Positions 52,540 through 60,748 of a stretch of DNA of 64,000 nucleotides are shown here, piece after piece (within the stretch, counting starts at the first letter, position 1; every line of letters starts with the position of its first letter). Made by a program: the position numbers and the translations under genes. The notes below the pieces were generated by a model. That model worked only from the letters and a program-made list of their open reading frames with translations. It had not been told where the DNA came from and ran no database searches. This DNA comes from a bacterium (GTDB lineage: Bacteria; Zhuqueibacterota; Zhuqueibacteria; Residuimicrobiales; Krinioviventaceae), in assembly GCA_963675755.2 (NCBI GenBank), contig CAXXMD010000003.1, positions 1,792,001 through 1,856,000 on the forward strand, in the 5' to 3' direction.

Positions 52540-53431
52540 ATCATTTGATGTCTTGTGTGTGGGGCATGCCTCGTGGGATCTGATTTTTGAAATCAATCAT
52601 CAACCCCATAGTGATGAAAAGATGTTTGCCGAATCCCTGTCGTCAATGGGCGGGGGACCCGCGGCAAACGCGGCAGTAGCAGTCGCTCGGCTTGGAGGCA
52701 AATCCGCATTTATGGGCTATCTGGGTACAGACGATTTTGGAGACATGCATCTGCAAGAGTTTGAGCGAGAAGGCGTTTACACCGATTATCTCTTTCGCGG
52801 GAAACAACGCACTCCGGTTTCTTCGATCTATGTCAAGCCGGATGGCCAGCGTAGTGTAGTAAATTGGAAAGCGGATGTTGTTCCGCAATCCGCAGACAGT
52901 ATTTCGAAAGCCATGCTGGAGTCGTTAAATCCGCGAGTGATTCTGTTTGACGGGCACGAGCCGGAAATTTCAAGAGTGTTGTGCGAGTGGGCTAAAGAAA
53001 AGCAGATTACAACCCTGCTTGATGCCGGGTCGCTGCGGGAAGGAACACGCTTGCTCGCGGACAAGGTAGATGTATTGGCGGCTTCGAGCGCATTCGCAAA
53101 GGGACTGTGCGGTGATGTGAATCCAACGCAGGCGTTAAGCAAATTGTCAGAATTGAACGATAATGTGATCATAACCTATGGTGATCAGGGTTTGGTCTGG
53201 CAGCGAGATGGAGAAACAGGAGAACTGCCTGCGTTTCATGTTACCGCTGTGGATACCACGGGAGCGGGAGATGCTTTTCATGGTGCGCTTGCGTTTGCTG
53301 TATCTCGGGATATGCTCTGGAAAGAGTCGTTAGCATTTGCTTCTGCAGCCGCTGCATTATGTTGTACAAAACTGGGTGCGCGCATAGGACTGCCTGATTT
53401 AAGCGCTGTTTATGAGATCATGGGAAAATAA
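52529..53431 (+). CDS. PfkB family carbohydrate kinase
   Basis: GGGPAANAAVA..RLG and VDTTGAGDAFHG. Confidence 0.93.
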   Translation: MENKSFDVLCVGHASWDLIFEINHQPHSDEKMFAESLSSMGGGPAANAAVAVARLGGKSAFMGYLGTDDFGDMHLQEFEREGVYTDYLFRGKQRTPVSSIYVKPDGQRSVVNWKADVVPQSADSISKAMLESLNPRVILFDGHEPEISRVLCEWAKEKQITTLLDAGSLREGTRLLADKVDVLAASSAFAKGLCGDVNPTQALSKLSELNDNVIITYGDQGLVWQRDGETGELPAFHVTAVDTTGAGDAFHGALAFAVSRDMLWKESLAFASAAAALCCTKLGARIGLPDLSAVYEIMGK

Positions 53432-53510
53432 TGAGAGGGGGGGATGTACGGTCCGATAAAGAGTGTGTGATACCGGACCGCACGTGTATGTTTATGGTAT
53501 AGGGTCTGTT

Positions 53511-54062
53511 TTAATGCTGCTGAACAGTAACTGTATTGTAACTGCCAAACTGTTCAACAATTGCCGTGTTGCCATCACCTTGTTCGATCATAATAATATT
53601 CTCTTTACCATTTTCCTGAACGATAGAAGCAAGGTTTTCGGAACCAATTTGATTTATGATAAAATTGTTATTGCTGCTGTTTACAATTGAAATGTCTGCA
53701 CTGTTGCTGTTTCCGGTTTGATTGACAGAGATACCCTCAGTCAGTTCCGGATCAGATGAATGGGTTGTGCCATTGTCACTGCCTTTAATCTCTATTTCCA
53801 GCAGATTGTTGTTACCCGTCTGTTCAAGATTGAGCTGGTTTTGGGCGCCATTAATATCCACACTTGAAATATTCATCATGCCGGCTTGTTCCAGATACAG
53901 AGAATTGCTGATGGATTCATCATTCGCGAATGATACCTGGATGTCATTTTCCAGAGGATTCACTTGCGTGATTGTTACCGCATTCGTTAGATCCGCTTTT
54001 TCTGCTGACAGCAAGCATCCGGTAAAAAGAACAAGAAATAATGTTATAATTTTGGTTCGCAA
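53511..54062 (-). CDS. curlin-repeat (CsgA/CsgB-like) secreted protein
   Basis: A TTG start gives signal peptide MRTKIITLFLVLFTGCLLSA. Repeats of the Q.G..N.A...Q type follow (QTGNSNSA, QIGSENLA, QGDGNTA, QFGSYNTV). Confidence 0.75.
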   Translation of the reverse strand: MRTKIITLFLVLFTGCLLSAEKADLTNAVTITQVNPLENDIQVSFANDESISNSLYLEQAGMMNISSVDINGAQNQLNLEQTGNNNLLEIEIKGSDNGTTHSSDPELTEGISVNQTGNSNSADISIVNSSNNNFIINQIGSENLASIVQENGKENIIMIEQGDGNTAIVEQFGSYNTVTVQQH

Positions 54063-54094
54063 AATAGGGTCTTTCTGTTTTGTTGCTGCTATAT

Positions 54095-54111
54095 TAGCAA
54101 AAAGTCTGCCA
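54095..54111 (-). promoter_or_regulatory. sigma54 (-24/-12) promoter for the curlin-like gene
   Basis: The minus strand reads TGGCAGACTTTTTGCTA, which has GG-N10-GC spacing, 33 bp upstream of the TTG start. Confidence 0.7.
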
Positions 54112-54316
54112 CGAAAGTAGGTGGCACAAGTTGTTGTTTTTACTGGTTTGTTTTGTTTGGATTGTGAAAACGAGTTAAATAAAATGGGTAACCAGGGGGT
54201 CAATATGACCCGTAATGCCGGGATGAATAAATACTGGTACCAATAAATGTAAATTTCTATTTGCAGGTTTGACATGTATTTTGTAAACTGTTAAAAAATA
54301 AAAATAGAAAGATATT

Positions 54317-55195
54317 ATGACTGAACAGGCAACATTTAATTTTGAAAATCCTGATAAAAGTCAAGATTCAGGTACCGGCCCCGAATCCGTATTGCTGGAT
54401 GGATTGAATCTGGAACGTCCCCTGGTGTTTTTTGATCTTGAAACCACCGGACTGGACCAGGATATTGATCGCATTGTACAATTTGCGTTTTTAAAAGTAA
54501 ATCCTGACCGCACTCAGGAAGAGTGGCAGGAACTGGTAAATCCACGCATCCCTATACCGGCTGAATCTTCTGCTGTGCACAAGATTACCGATGAGACCGT
54601 AAAAGACAAACCCGACTTTGCACATTTTGCGCCTCTGGTCAAAGCATATCTGGAAGATTGCGATCTGTCCGGATTCAACATTATTCGTTTTGATGTACCT
54701 TTTTTGCAAAAAGAGCTGGACCGTCACGGTGAGGCGCTGGATCTTGAAAAGATCCGGGTGGTAGACGCGCAAACCATCTTTCATAAAATGGAGCCGCGTA
54801 CCCTTTCCGCAGCGTATCGCTATTACTGCGGGGGCGAGCATGAAGACGCGCACGATGCCATGGGCGATGTGCGTGTAACGCTGGATGTATTCAACGCACA
54901 GTTGTACAAATATACCGAATTACCCAAAGATATGAGCAAACTCGGTTCTTTTTGTAATCTAAATGATGATCGCTGGGTTACTCCCGACCGCAGGTTCTAC
55001 TGGCGTCATGGTGAACCTGTGATAGCATTCGGAAAACACAAGGGTAAAACACTTTTATGGTTATCGAATAACGAAACCCATTACCTGAATTGGATGATAA
55101 ACGGTGAGTTTTCGGATGAAACCAAAGAAATGGTAAAGCAGGCGCTTCAGGGCGTGATCCCCAAAAAGTCAACAGAGGATAGTAATGATTCATAA
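54317..55195 (+). CDS. DEDDh 3'-5' exonuclease (DnaQ/Pol III epsilon-like)
   Basis: FDLETTG, FN...FD, HDAMGDV and a C-terminal FGKHKG domain. Confidence 0.9.
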   Translation: MTEQATFNFENPDKSQDSGTGPESVLLDGLNLERPLVFFDLETTGLDQDIDRIVQFAFLKVNPDRTQEEWQELVNPRIPIPAESSAVHKITDETVKDKPDFAHFAPLVKAYLEDCDLSGFNIIRFDVPFLQKELDRHGEALDLEKIRVVDAQTIFHKMEPRTLSAAYRYYCGGEHEDAHDAMGDVRVTLDVFNAQLYKYTELPKDMSKLGSFCNLNDDRWVTPDRRFYWRHGEPVIAFGKHKGKTLLWLSNNETHYLNWMINGEFSDETKEMVKQALQGVIPKKSTEDSNDS

Positions 55196-57119
55196 TATTA
55201 TATTTGATTTTGACAGTACCCTCATTAACGCCGAAGGCAACGAGTTGTTAATTGCGCATGCTTTGGGCAGATTGCCGGAAAAAGAAAAAGCGGAAAAACT
55301 GGAGCAGATGCAAACCCTGACCCGGCAATGTACCAATGGAGAGATTCCCCTGACAAAGGCCATGAGCGGCCGCTATGCGCTGACACAGCTTGAAGCAGAG
55401 GATGTTGATGCTGTCTCTAAAGCCATTGTAGATACCATAAATCCCAAGATCAAAGAAGCGCTCGATGCTCTTCGCGCACGGGACAAGAATATATTTGTCT
55501 ACAGTACCAGTCCCGAGCAGGTTGTGCTGCCTGTGACAGATGCCCTGGGCATTACCCGTGAAAACGTATTCACAACCCATCTGCAAACCAAAGATGATGG
55601 CACCATTCTCGGTATTCAGGAAGATGGTCCGCTTTGCATGACCCTGGGCAAGGTTTATGTTTCGGAGCAATTGAAAAGTCAGGAACGGCTGACAGGTCCC
55701 ACTGCAATTATTGGGGATGGCGTTACTGATCTTGCTGTCAAGAAAAACGGAATTGCGGAAATGTTTGTCTATTACGCGGGTACAATTGATCGTGAAGACA
55801 TTCGTTTGCAGGCGGATTTTACCATTGATAATTTTGATCAGTTATTGCCGCTTCTCAGCTCTACAGAAGAATATCAGCCGCAAGCCAAAGATGCCGGTTT
55901 GAGCGATGAGGATTTACATACTCCCAATGTATTTCTCCTAGAGAATGTACATAATATTGCCATTGAACGGTTAAACAGTGCCCAATACAATGTGGCGAGT
56001 TATCAGCCGGCATGGAGTGAGCAAGAGCTGATTGAAAAGGCCCTGCACGCCAATGTAATGGGGATCCGTTCCAAAACCAAACTTACCGCCAATGTGTTGA
56101 ACCATTTAAAAGATTTGTGGGTAATTGGTGCTTTTTGTATCGGTACCAACCAAATCGATCTTGAAACTGCAACCGCAGCAGGCATTCCGGTTTTTAACGC
56201 CCCTTACAGCAACACCCGTTCAGTTGCCGAGCTGGTGGTAGGAGAGACCATTATGCTGATGCGTCGTACTTTTGAAAAAAGCGCGGCTGCGCATTCCGGC
56301 AAATGGTTGAAACAGGCTGATGGCTGCAGCGAGATTCGTGGTAAAACCGTGGGTATCGTGGGATATGGTCACATCGGTTCTCAGGTTTCCATCATGCTGG
56401 AAAATCTGGGAATGACTGTACTGTTCCATGATATTGTCGATAAACTCCCCCTGGGCAACGCGCAAAAAGTAAATGACCTTTACGATCTGCTGGAGCGCTC
56501 GGATGTGGTTACCCTGCACGTTCCAGACACTCTGGATACACGGGGATTGATAGGGGAAAAAGAACTGGTGCGTATGAAGCGCGGCAGTTACCTCATCAAC
56601 GCCAGCCGCGGCCGGGTTGTGGATATTGAGCCGCTGCATAAACTCCTGGAATACGGCCATATTGCCGGTGCGGCAGTGGATGTGTTTCCGGCAGAGCCTG
56701 CAAGCACAGAGGAGGCGTTCCAGTCACCCTTGCAGGGCATGCCCAATGTTATCCTTACTCCGCATATTGGCGGCAGTACTTTGGAAGCGCAGGAAAATAT
56801 TGCCCGCTATGTGAGTGAGAAAATGATCAGTTTTGTTAAAACCGGTTCCACAATGGGATCTGTTAATTTCCCCGAGGTGGAGCTTCCGCGGGTGGACAAT
56901 ACTCACCGTATTTTGCACATCCACAAGAATGTACCGGGTGTGCTCGCCAAGATCAACAGTGTGTTTGCGCGCCGCAATATCAATGTTGAAGGACAGATAT
57001 TGCAAACCCGGGATACCATTGGTTATCTGATTGTGGATGTGGACCGGGATGTGTCGCATCAGGTCTTTGAGATCATGAAGCACATTACCGAGACCGTTCA
57101 GGTTAGAAGAATATTATAA
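55185..57119 (+). CDS. serA: fused HAD phosphoserine phosphatase / D-3-phosphoglycerate dehydrogenase
   Basis: N-terminal DFDST and GDGVTD HAD motifs, then FCIGTNQ, NTRSVAE, GYGHIG, TPHIGGST and an ACT domain (HKNVPGVLA). Confidence 0.93.
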   Translation: MIHNIIFDFDSTLINAEGNELLIAHALGRLPEKEKAEKLEQMQTLTRQCTNGEIPLTKAMSGRYALTQLEAEDVDAVSKAIVDTINPKIKEALDALRARDKNIFVYSTSPEQVVLPVTDALGITRENVFTTHLQTKDDGTILGIQEDGPLCMTLGKVYVSEQLKSQERLTGPTAIIGDGVTDLAVKKNGIAEMFVYYAGTIDREDIRLQADFTIDNFDQLLPLLSSTEEYQPQAKDAGLSDEDLHTPNVFLLENVHNIAIERLNSAQYNVASYQPAWSEQELIEKALHANVMGIRSKTKLTANVLNHLKDLWVIGAFCIGTNQIDLETATAAGIPVFNAPYSNTRSVAELVVGETIMLMRRTFEKSAAAHSGKWLKQADGCSEIRGKTVGIVGYGHIGSQVSIMLENLGMTVLFHDIVDKLPLGNAQKVNDLYDLLERSDVVTLHVPDTLDTRGLIGEKELVRMKRGSYLINASRGRVVDIEPLHKLLEYGHIAGAAVDVFPAEPASTEEAFQSPLQGMPNVILTPHIGGSTLEAQENIARYVSEKMISFVKTGSTMGSVNFPEVELPRVDNTHRILHIHKNVPGVLAKINSVFARRNINVEGQILQTRDTIGYLIVDVDRDVSHQVFEIMKHITETVQVRRIL

Positions 57120-57131
57120 ATTAGATATTAT

Positions 57132-57162
57132 CCCCTCCGGGAGGTCTTGACCTCCCGGAGGT
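57132..57162. repeat. REP-like hairpin
   Basis: cctccgggaggtc-tt-gacctcccggagg in the intergenic spacer. Confidence 0.6.
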
Positions 57163-57186
57163 TTACAGGAACAAACAGGAAACAGA

Positions 57187-57585
57187 ATGTCAAAGAAATA
57201 TATCGCTACGCTAATCGTCCGCAGTTACGAACTGGACTCTTTTGGACATGTCAATAATGCTGTCTATTTGCAATACCTTGAATATGCACGTTGTCAATAT
57301 ATGAACCAGGCTGGACTCTCTTTTCAGAAATTCCATGATTGGGGTGTAACGCCTTTTGTAACCCGGGTGGACATACAGTACAAGTCCCCTTGTTTTGTGG
57401 ACAATGATATAGAACTGATAGCAGAGTTTACCGAGTGGCGTCGGGTGGGCTTTACCCTCGAGTATGAGGTTAATAATAAATCGACCGGTCAGCTAGTGGC
57501 CTTGGCTACTGTAAGCTTTGGATTCGCTGATGCAAGCGGCAAGATCACCAAGGTGCCAAAGGAATTTAAAGAAAAGCTGATGTAA
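57187..57585 (+). CDS. acyl-CoA thioesterase (4HBT/YbgC hotdog fold)
   Basis: VRSYELDSFGHVNNAVYLQYLE.AR. Confidence 0.92.
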   Translation: MSKKYIATLIVRSYELDSFGHVNNAVYLQYLEYARCQYMNQAGLSFQKFHDWGVTPFVTRVDIQYKSPCFVDNDIELIAEFTEWRRVGFTLEYEVNNKSTGQLVALATVSFGFADASGKITKVPKEFKEKLM

Positions 57586-57809
57586 CTGCTGATGTCTGGC
57601 AATTAAAAGGGGAGATGATCTTTTTTTACTCCAATCCATCATGTGATATATCAGAAATTGGGAGTTTTTGATTTATTCATGTATTTTTTGGATTTAGTCT
57701 TTTTAGGTCAAGGAAATCTAATTTTATATGTATTGAAATAGATGCTCTTAATTGGAATTTTTGCCCACGAAACACACAAAAAATCACGAAAGCAAAATAG
57801 GCCACCCGG

Positions 57810-58021
57810 TGATTGTTGAAAAAGGTCATTATCTTGAAAAAACTAAAAACTCTCCGACCCAAATTTGATTTGGGTCGGAACTATGGTGCGAAGCTGTGCT
57901 TCGCAAATATTTGTAAATTAACGAGCTGCGCATTGCTAAATATTCTCCAAGCACAGCTTGGAGCTAACTTTTCTTACCAAATAAAATTTGGTAAGGAGAT
58001 TGTTTAGTTTTTCAACAGCCA
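57810..58021. mobile_element. putative 212-bp MITE
   Basis: Terminal inverted repeats TGATTGTTGAAAAA / TTTTTCAACAGCCA are flanked by a CCCGG direct repeat (57805-57809 and 58022-58026). It has internal hairpins and no coding capacity. Confidence 0.65.
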
Positions 58022-58034
58022 CCCGGAGGTTGCT

Positions 58035-59055
58035 TTATGCGTGACGGAGAGCGCTGCGCTTAACTCCGTCACAATCATGTGGGTTTAGATTTTTTTTTGG
58101 CATTTGTTTCTTGATTGTTCAATACCGTAATGCGTCCGTCTGCGACGGACAAACGAAATGAATTTCGTTTTACAATTCCCGTGCTTTTTTATGTTTTTGT
58201 GTTTATTCGTGTGTTTCGTGGGCCATCTTTTTCAGGTTCCAGAGCAACGCCACTGGATTCCGTGGTGTGTCAAGTTATGCGTGACGGAGAGCGCTATGCT
58301 TATCTCCGTCACGATCATGTGGGTCTAGATTTCCCTTTGGGACTTTGTTTCTTGTTTATTCAATACCGTAATGCGTCCGTCTGCGACGGACAAACGAAAT
58401 GAATTTCGTTCTACAATCTCTGTGCTTTTTTATATTTATGCGTGACGGAGAGCGCTATGCTTATCTCCGTCACGATCATGTGGGTCTAGATTTCCCTTTG
58501 GGACTTTGTTTCTTGTTTATTCAATATCGTAATATGACCGTCGCAGACGGACAAACGAATGAGATTCGTTCTACAATTCCCGTGCTTTTTTATGTTTTTG
58601 TGTTTATTCGTGTGTTTCGTGGGCCATCTTTTTCAGGTTCCAGAGCAACGCCACTGGATTCCGTGGTGTGTTAAGTTATGCGTGACGGAGAGCGCTATGC
58701 TTATCTCCGTCACGATCATGTGGTTCTAGATTTTCCTTTGGGATTTTGTTTCTTGTTTATTCAATATCGTAATATGTCCGTCGCAGCCGGACAAACGAAT
58801 GAGATTCGTTCTACAATCTCTGTGCTTTTTTATATTTATGCGTGACGGAGAGCGCTATGCTTATCTCCGTCACGATCATATTTTTTATCAGCGCATGTCC
58901 GCCCTTTGGCTGATTCATCTGTGGTTCATTTTTAGTTCTGCCCTTCGATACTCTCACTCGTCCGCTAAACGACAGCAGACTCGCTCGAACTCAGGGCACG
59001 TGCTTTTTTATGTTTTTGTGTTTATTTGTGTATTTCGTGGGTAATCTTTTTCAGG
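58035..59055. repeat. tandem mosaic array of palindromic modules (periods 240/161/240/160 bp)
   Basis: cgtgacggagagcgct...ctccgtcac begins at 58040, 58280, 58441, 58681 and 58841, and the sequences between copies are themselves repeated. Confidence 0.92.
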
Positions 59056-59103
59056 AAATGAAGAGTTATAGTTCATTTAGAAATTTTGGGGATTCCGCAG
59101 GAT

Positions 59104-60744
59104 TTAATGTACCACTCCCACCAGGTTAATATTTTGGGTATTTACAGCAAAATGAAACTCTGCGGCAGAGGGTGCAATATGAGCGTTTTTTAATTTCGTA
59201 ATCCGGATGATGGAATAACGGTTTGCGTTAATGTCCTTGTCAAGTGAGATGATAATTCGCTTGTTGTCTGTTTTACGCCAGGTAAGCGTTTTGATTTTTT
59301 TACCTTGCGGATTTAACAGGTCTATTTGATAATCTGTTTTATCGCTGTCACGGTCTAACAGTAAATTTTCATTATCAACAAAGGCCAGTTCGCTCTCATT
59401 TACAGATTCAAATTCTATGGGTGAGACTTCGTCCATAAAATGTTTCAAGACCTTGTCCCTGCGCTGGATCAGGGTTTTGATCATATAAGCTTCTGCGTCC
59501 GGTTCGGGATAATCAGCCGCTTTGACCAATGCGGTTATATGCTCGTCAGTTAACGCGGCCAGTATTTTTGCCGCCCAGTAATCATCCGCGGGTTGACTGG
59601 AGCGAATCGGCAGGTAGGGGTATACTTCTTTCCACTCACCGGGATTAAATTTGTCAGACTCAAAGGCACCCACAGATTTCCAGGGGGTATATTCCAGTTT
59701 TTCCCAATTGTGTATTTTTAATCCTGCTGCAATAAAATTATTAAAGGCAGAACTGTAACTGAAATAATGTTCAAACCCATCCCATTTGTAATCATGTTCT
59801 GCGCCATGGCCTCCAAAAGCTTCGCCAAAATCCAGCAGGTAGTGTTCAACATGACCTTTGCCGGGTTCTCCGGTATAGATATCTGCACTGTTGTCAATTC
59901 GAATATCGCTATGGTTCACAAATGAACAAAAAACTTTTAATGCTCTGAGGATGCGAAGGTTTTCATGTGGTATGCGATCGTTCAAATCGTCTTTGCGAGT
60001 TCCCTCTGCCGGTACGGGTCCCAGAAAAATGCCCTGTAACCACAAACTGGCAGTCGCGCGATATACATTGTCTACGGGCTCTGCAACCTGATGTAATACG
60101 TCTGTTAAATCGTTTATTGAAAGTTCACTTTTATCATCTATTAACAAATCATTCTTGTTGAAATAGATCAAATAATCTTCGGGAACATTATATCCAAATC
60201 CCCAAAACAGGCGGCTCACAATCAGATCCGTTGTGGTTTCAATTCCGGGAAATTCCGGGGGATCAAATTTCAGCAGATACGATTTACCCCTGCTGTCTTT
60301 GATAATAAAGCCCGGATTTCCACCACCCTTTTTAGCTTTACTCACATAAAAGGGCTTTTGGGGTGGGCCAATTTCTTCCAGGCCGTGTAACAATTCTTCT
60401 GAGGTAATATCCCTGAATCCCAGACGTGGAGTGTACCAACTGGAAGTGATAACATTGTCCGTCGCGTTAACATCCATTGCAGATGGTATTTTTGAAACAT
60501 CCAATGCGTTGACCATGGGATTTCTAAACAGCACATCATAGGTATAGAATAATTTTTCATAATTACTGGATTTGGGTACAGGCACCGGTTTTTTATCGTT
60601 TGCGGTTGTTATTACAGGCGCATCGTTAAATTTAGCCAGTCGGGATGAACAACCAAGAGAAAGGATAAATATTATAAATCCGAAAAAGAGTATGGATTTT
60701 AATTGGTGTTTATAGGATTGCCCGGTTCTGTTTATTCTCATCAT
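59104..60744 (-). CDS. lipoprotein with atypical protein-kinase-like (HipA/CotH-type fold) motifs
   Basis: Lipobox SLGC, G-loop KGGGNPG, beta3 Lys in YLLKFD, helix-C Glu in IETT, catalytic loop NHSDIRIDN, and LLDFG. Confidence 0.65.
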   Translation of the reverse strand: MMRINRTGQSYKHQLKSILFFGFIIFILSLGCSSRLAKFNDAPVITTANDKKPVPVPKSSNYEKLFYTYDVLFRNPMVNALDVSKIPSAMDVNATDNVITSSWYTPRLGFRDITSEELLHGLEEIGPPQKPFYVSKAKKGGGNPGFIIKDSRGKSYLLKFDPPEFPGIETTTDLIVSRLFWGFGYNVPEDYLIYFNKNDLLIDDKSELSINDLTDVLHQVAEPVDNVYRATASLWLQGIFLGPVPAEGTRKDDLNDRIPHENLRILRALKVFCSFVNHSDIRIDNSADIYTGEPGKGHVEHYLLDFGEAFGGHGAEHDYKWDGFEHYFSYSSAFNNFIAAGLKIHNWEKLEYTPWKSVGAFESDKFNPGEWKEVYPYLPIRSSQPADDYWAAKILAALTDEHITALVKAADYPEPDAEAYMIKTLIQRRDKVLKHFMDEVSPIEFESVNESELAFVDNENLLLDRDSDKTDYQIDLLNPQGKKIKTLTWRKTDNKRIIISLDKDINANRYSIIRITKLKNAHIAPSAAEFHFAVNTQNINLVGVVH

Positions 60745-60748
60745 TGTA

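Noticed and set aside
54063-54275. 71-aa N-terminal extension of the curlin-like ORF
   Set aside because: It overlaps the sigma54 box and the divergent promoter region, and the signal peptide begins at TTG 54062.
58035-58880. CRISPR array (five ~34-bp palindromic repeats)
   Set aside because: The intervening sequences are ~125-205 bp and repeat each other rather than being unique spacers. The same palindrome is dispersed elsewhere, and no cas genes are in the window.
39965-59044. Small ORFs inside repeat clusters (39965..40294, 41466..41666, 41809..42108, 57813..58007, 58115..58402, 58399..58674, 58799..59044)
   Set aside because: They are translations of palindromic repeat modules with no protein-like features.
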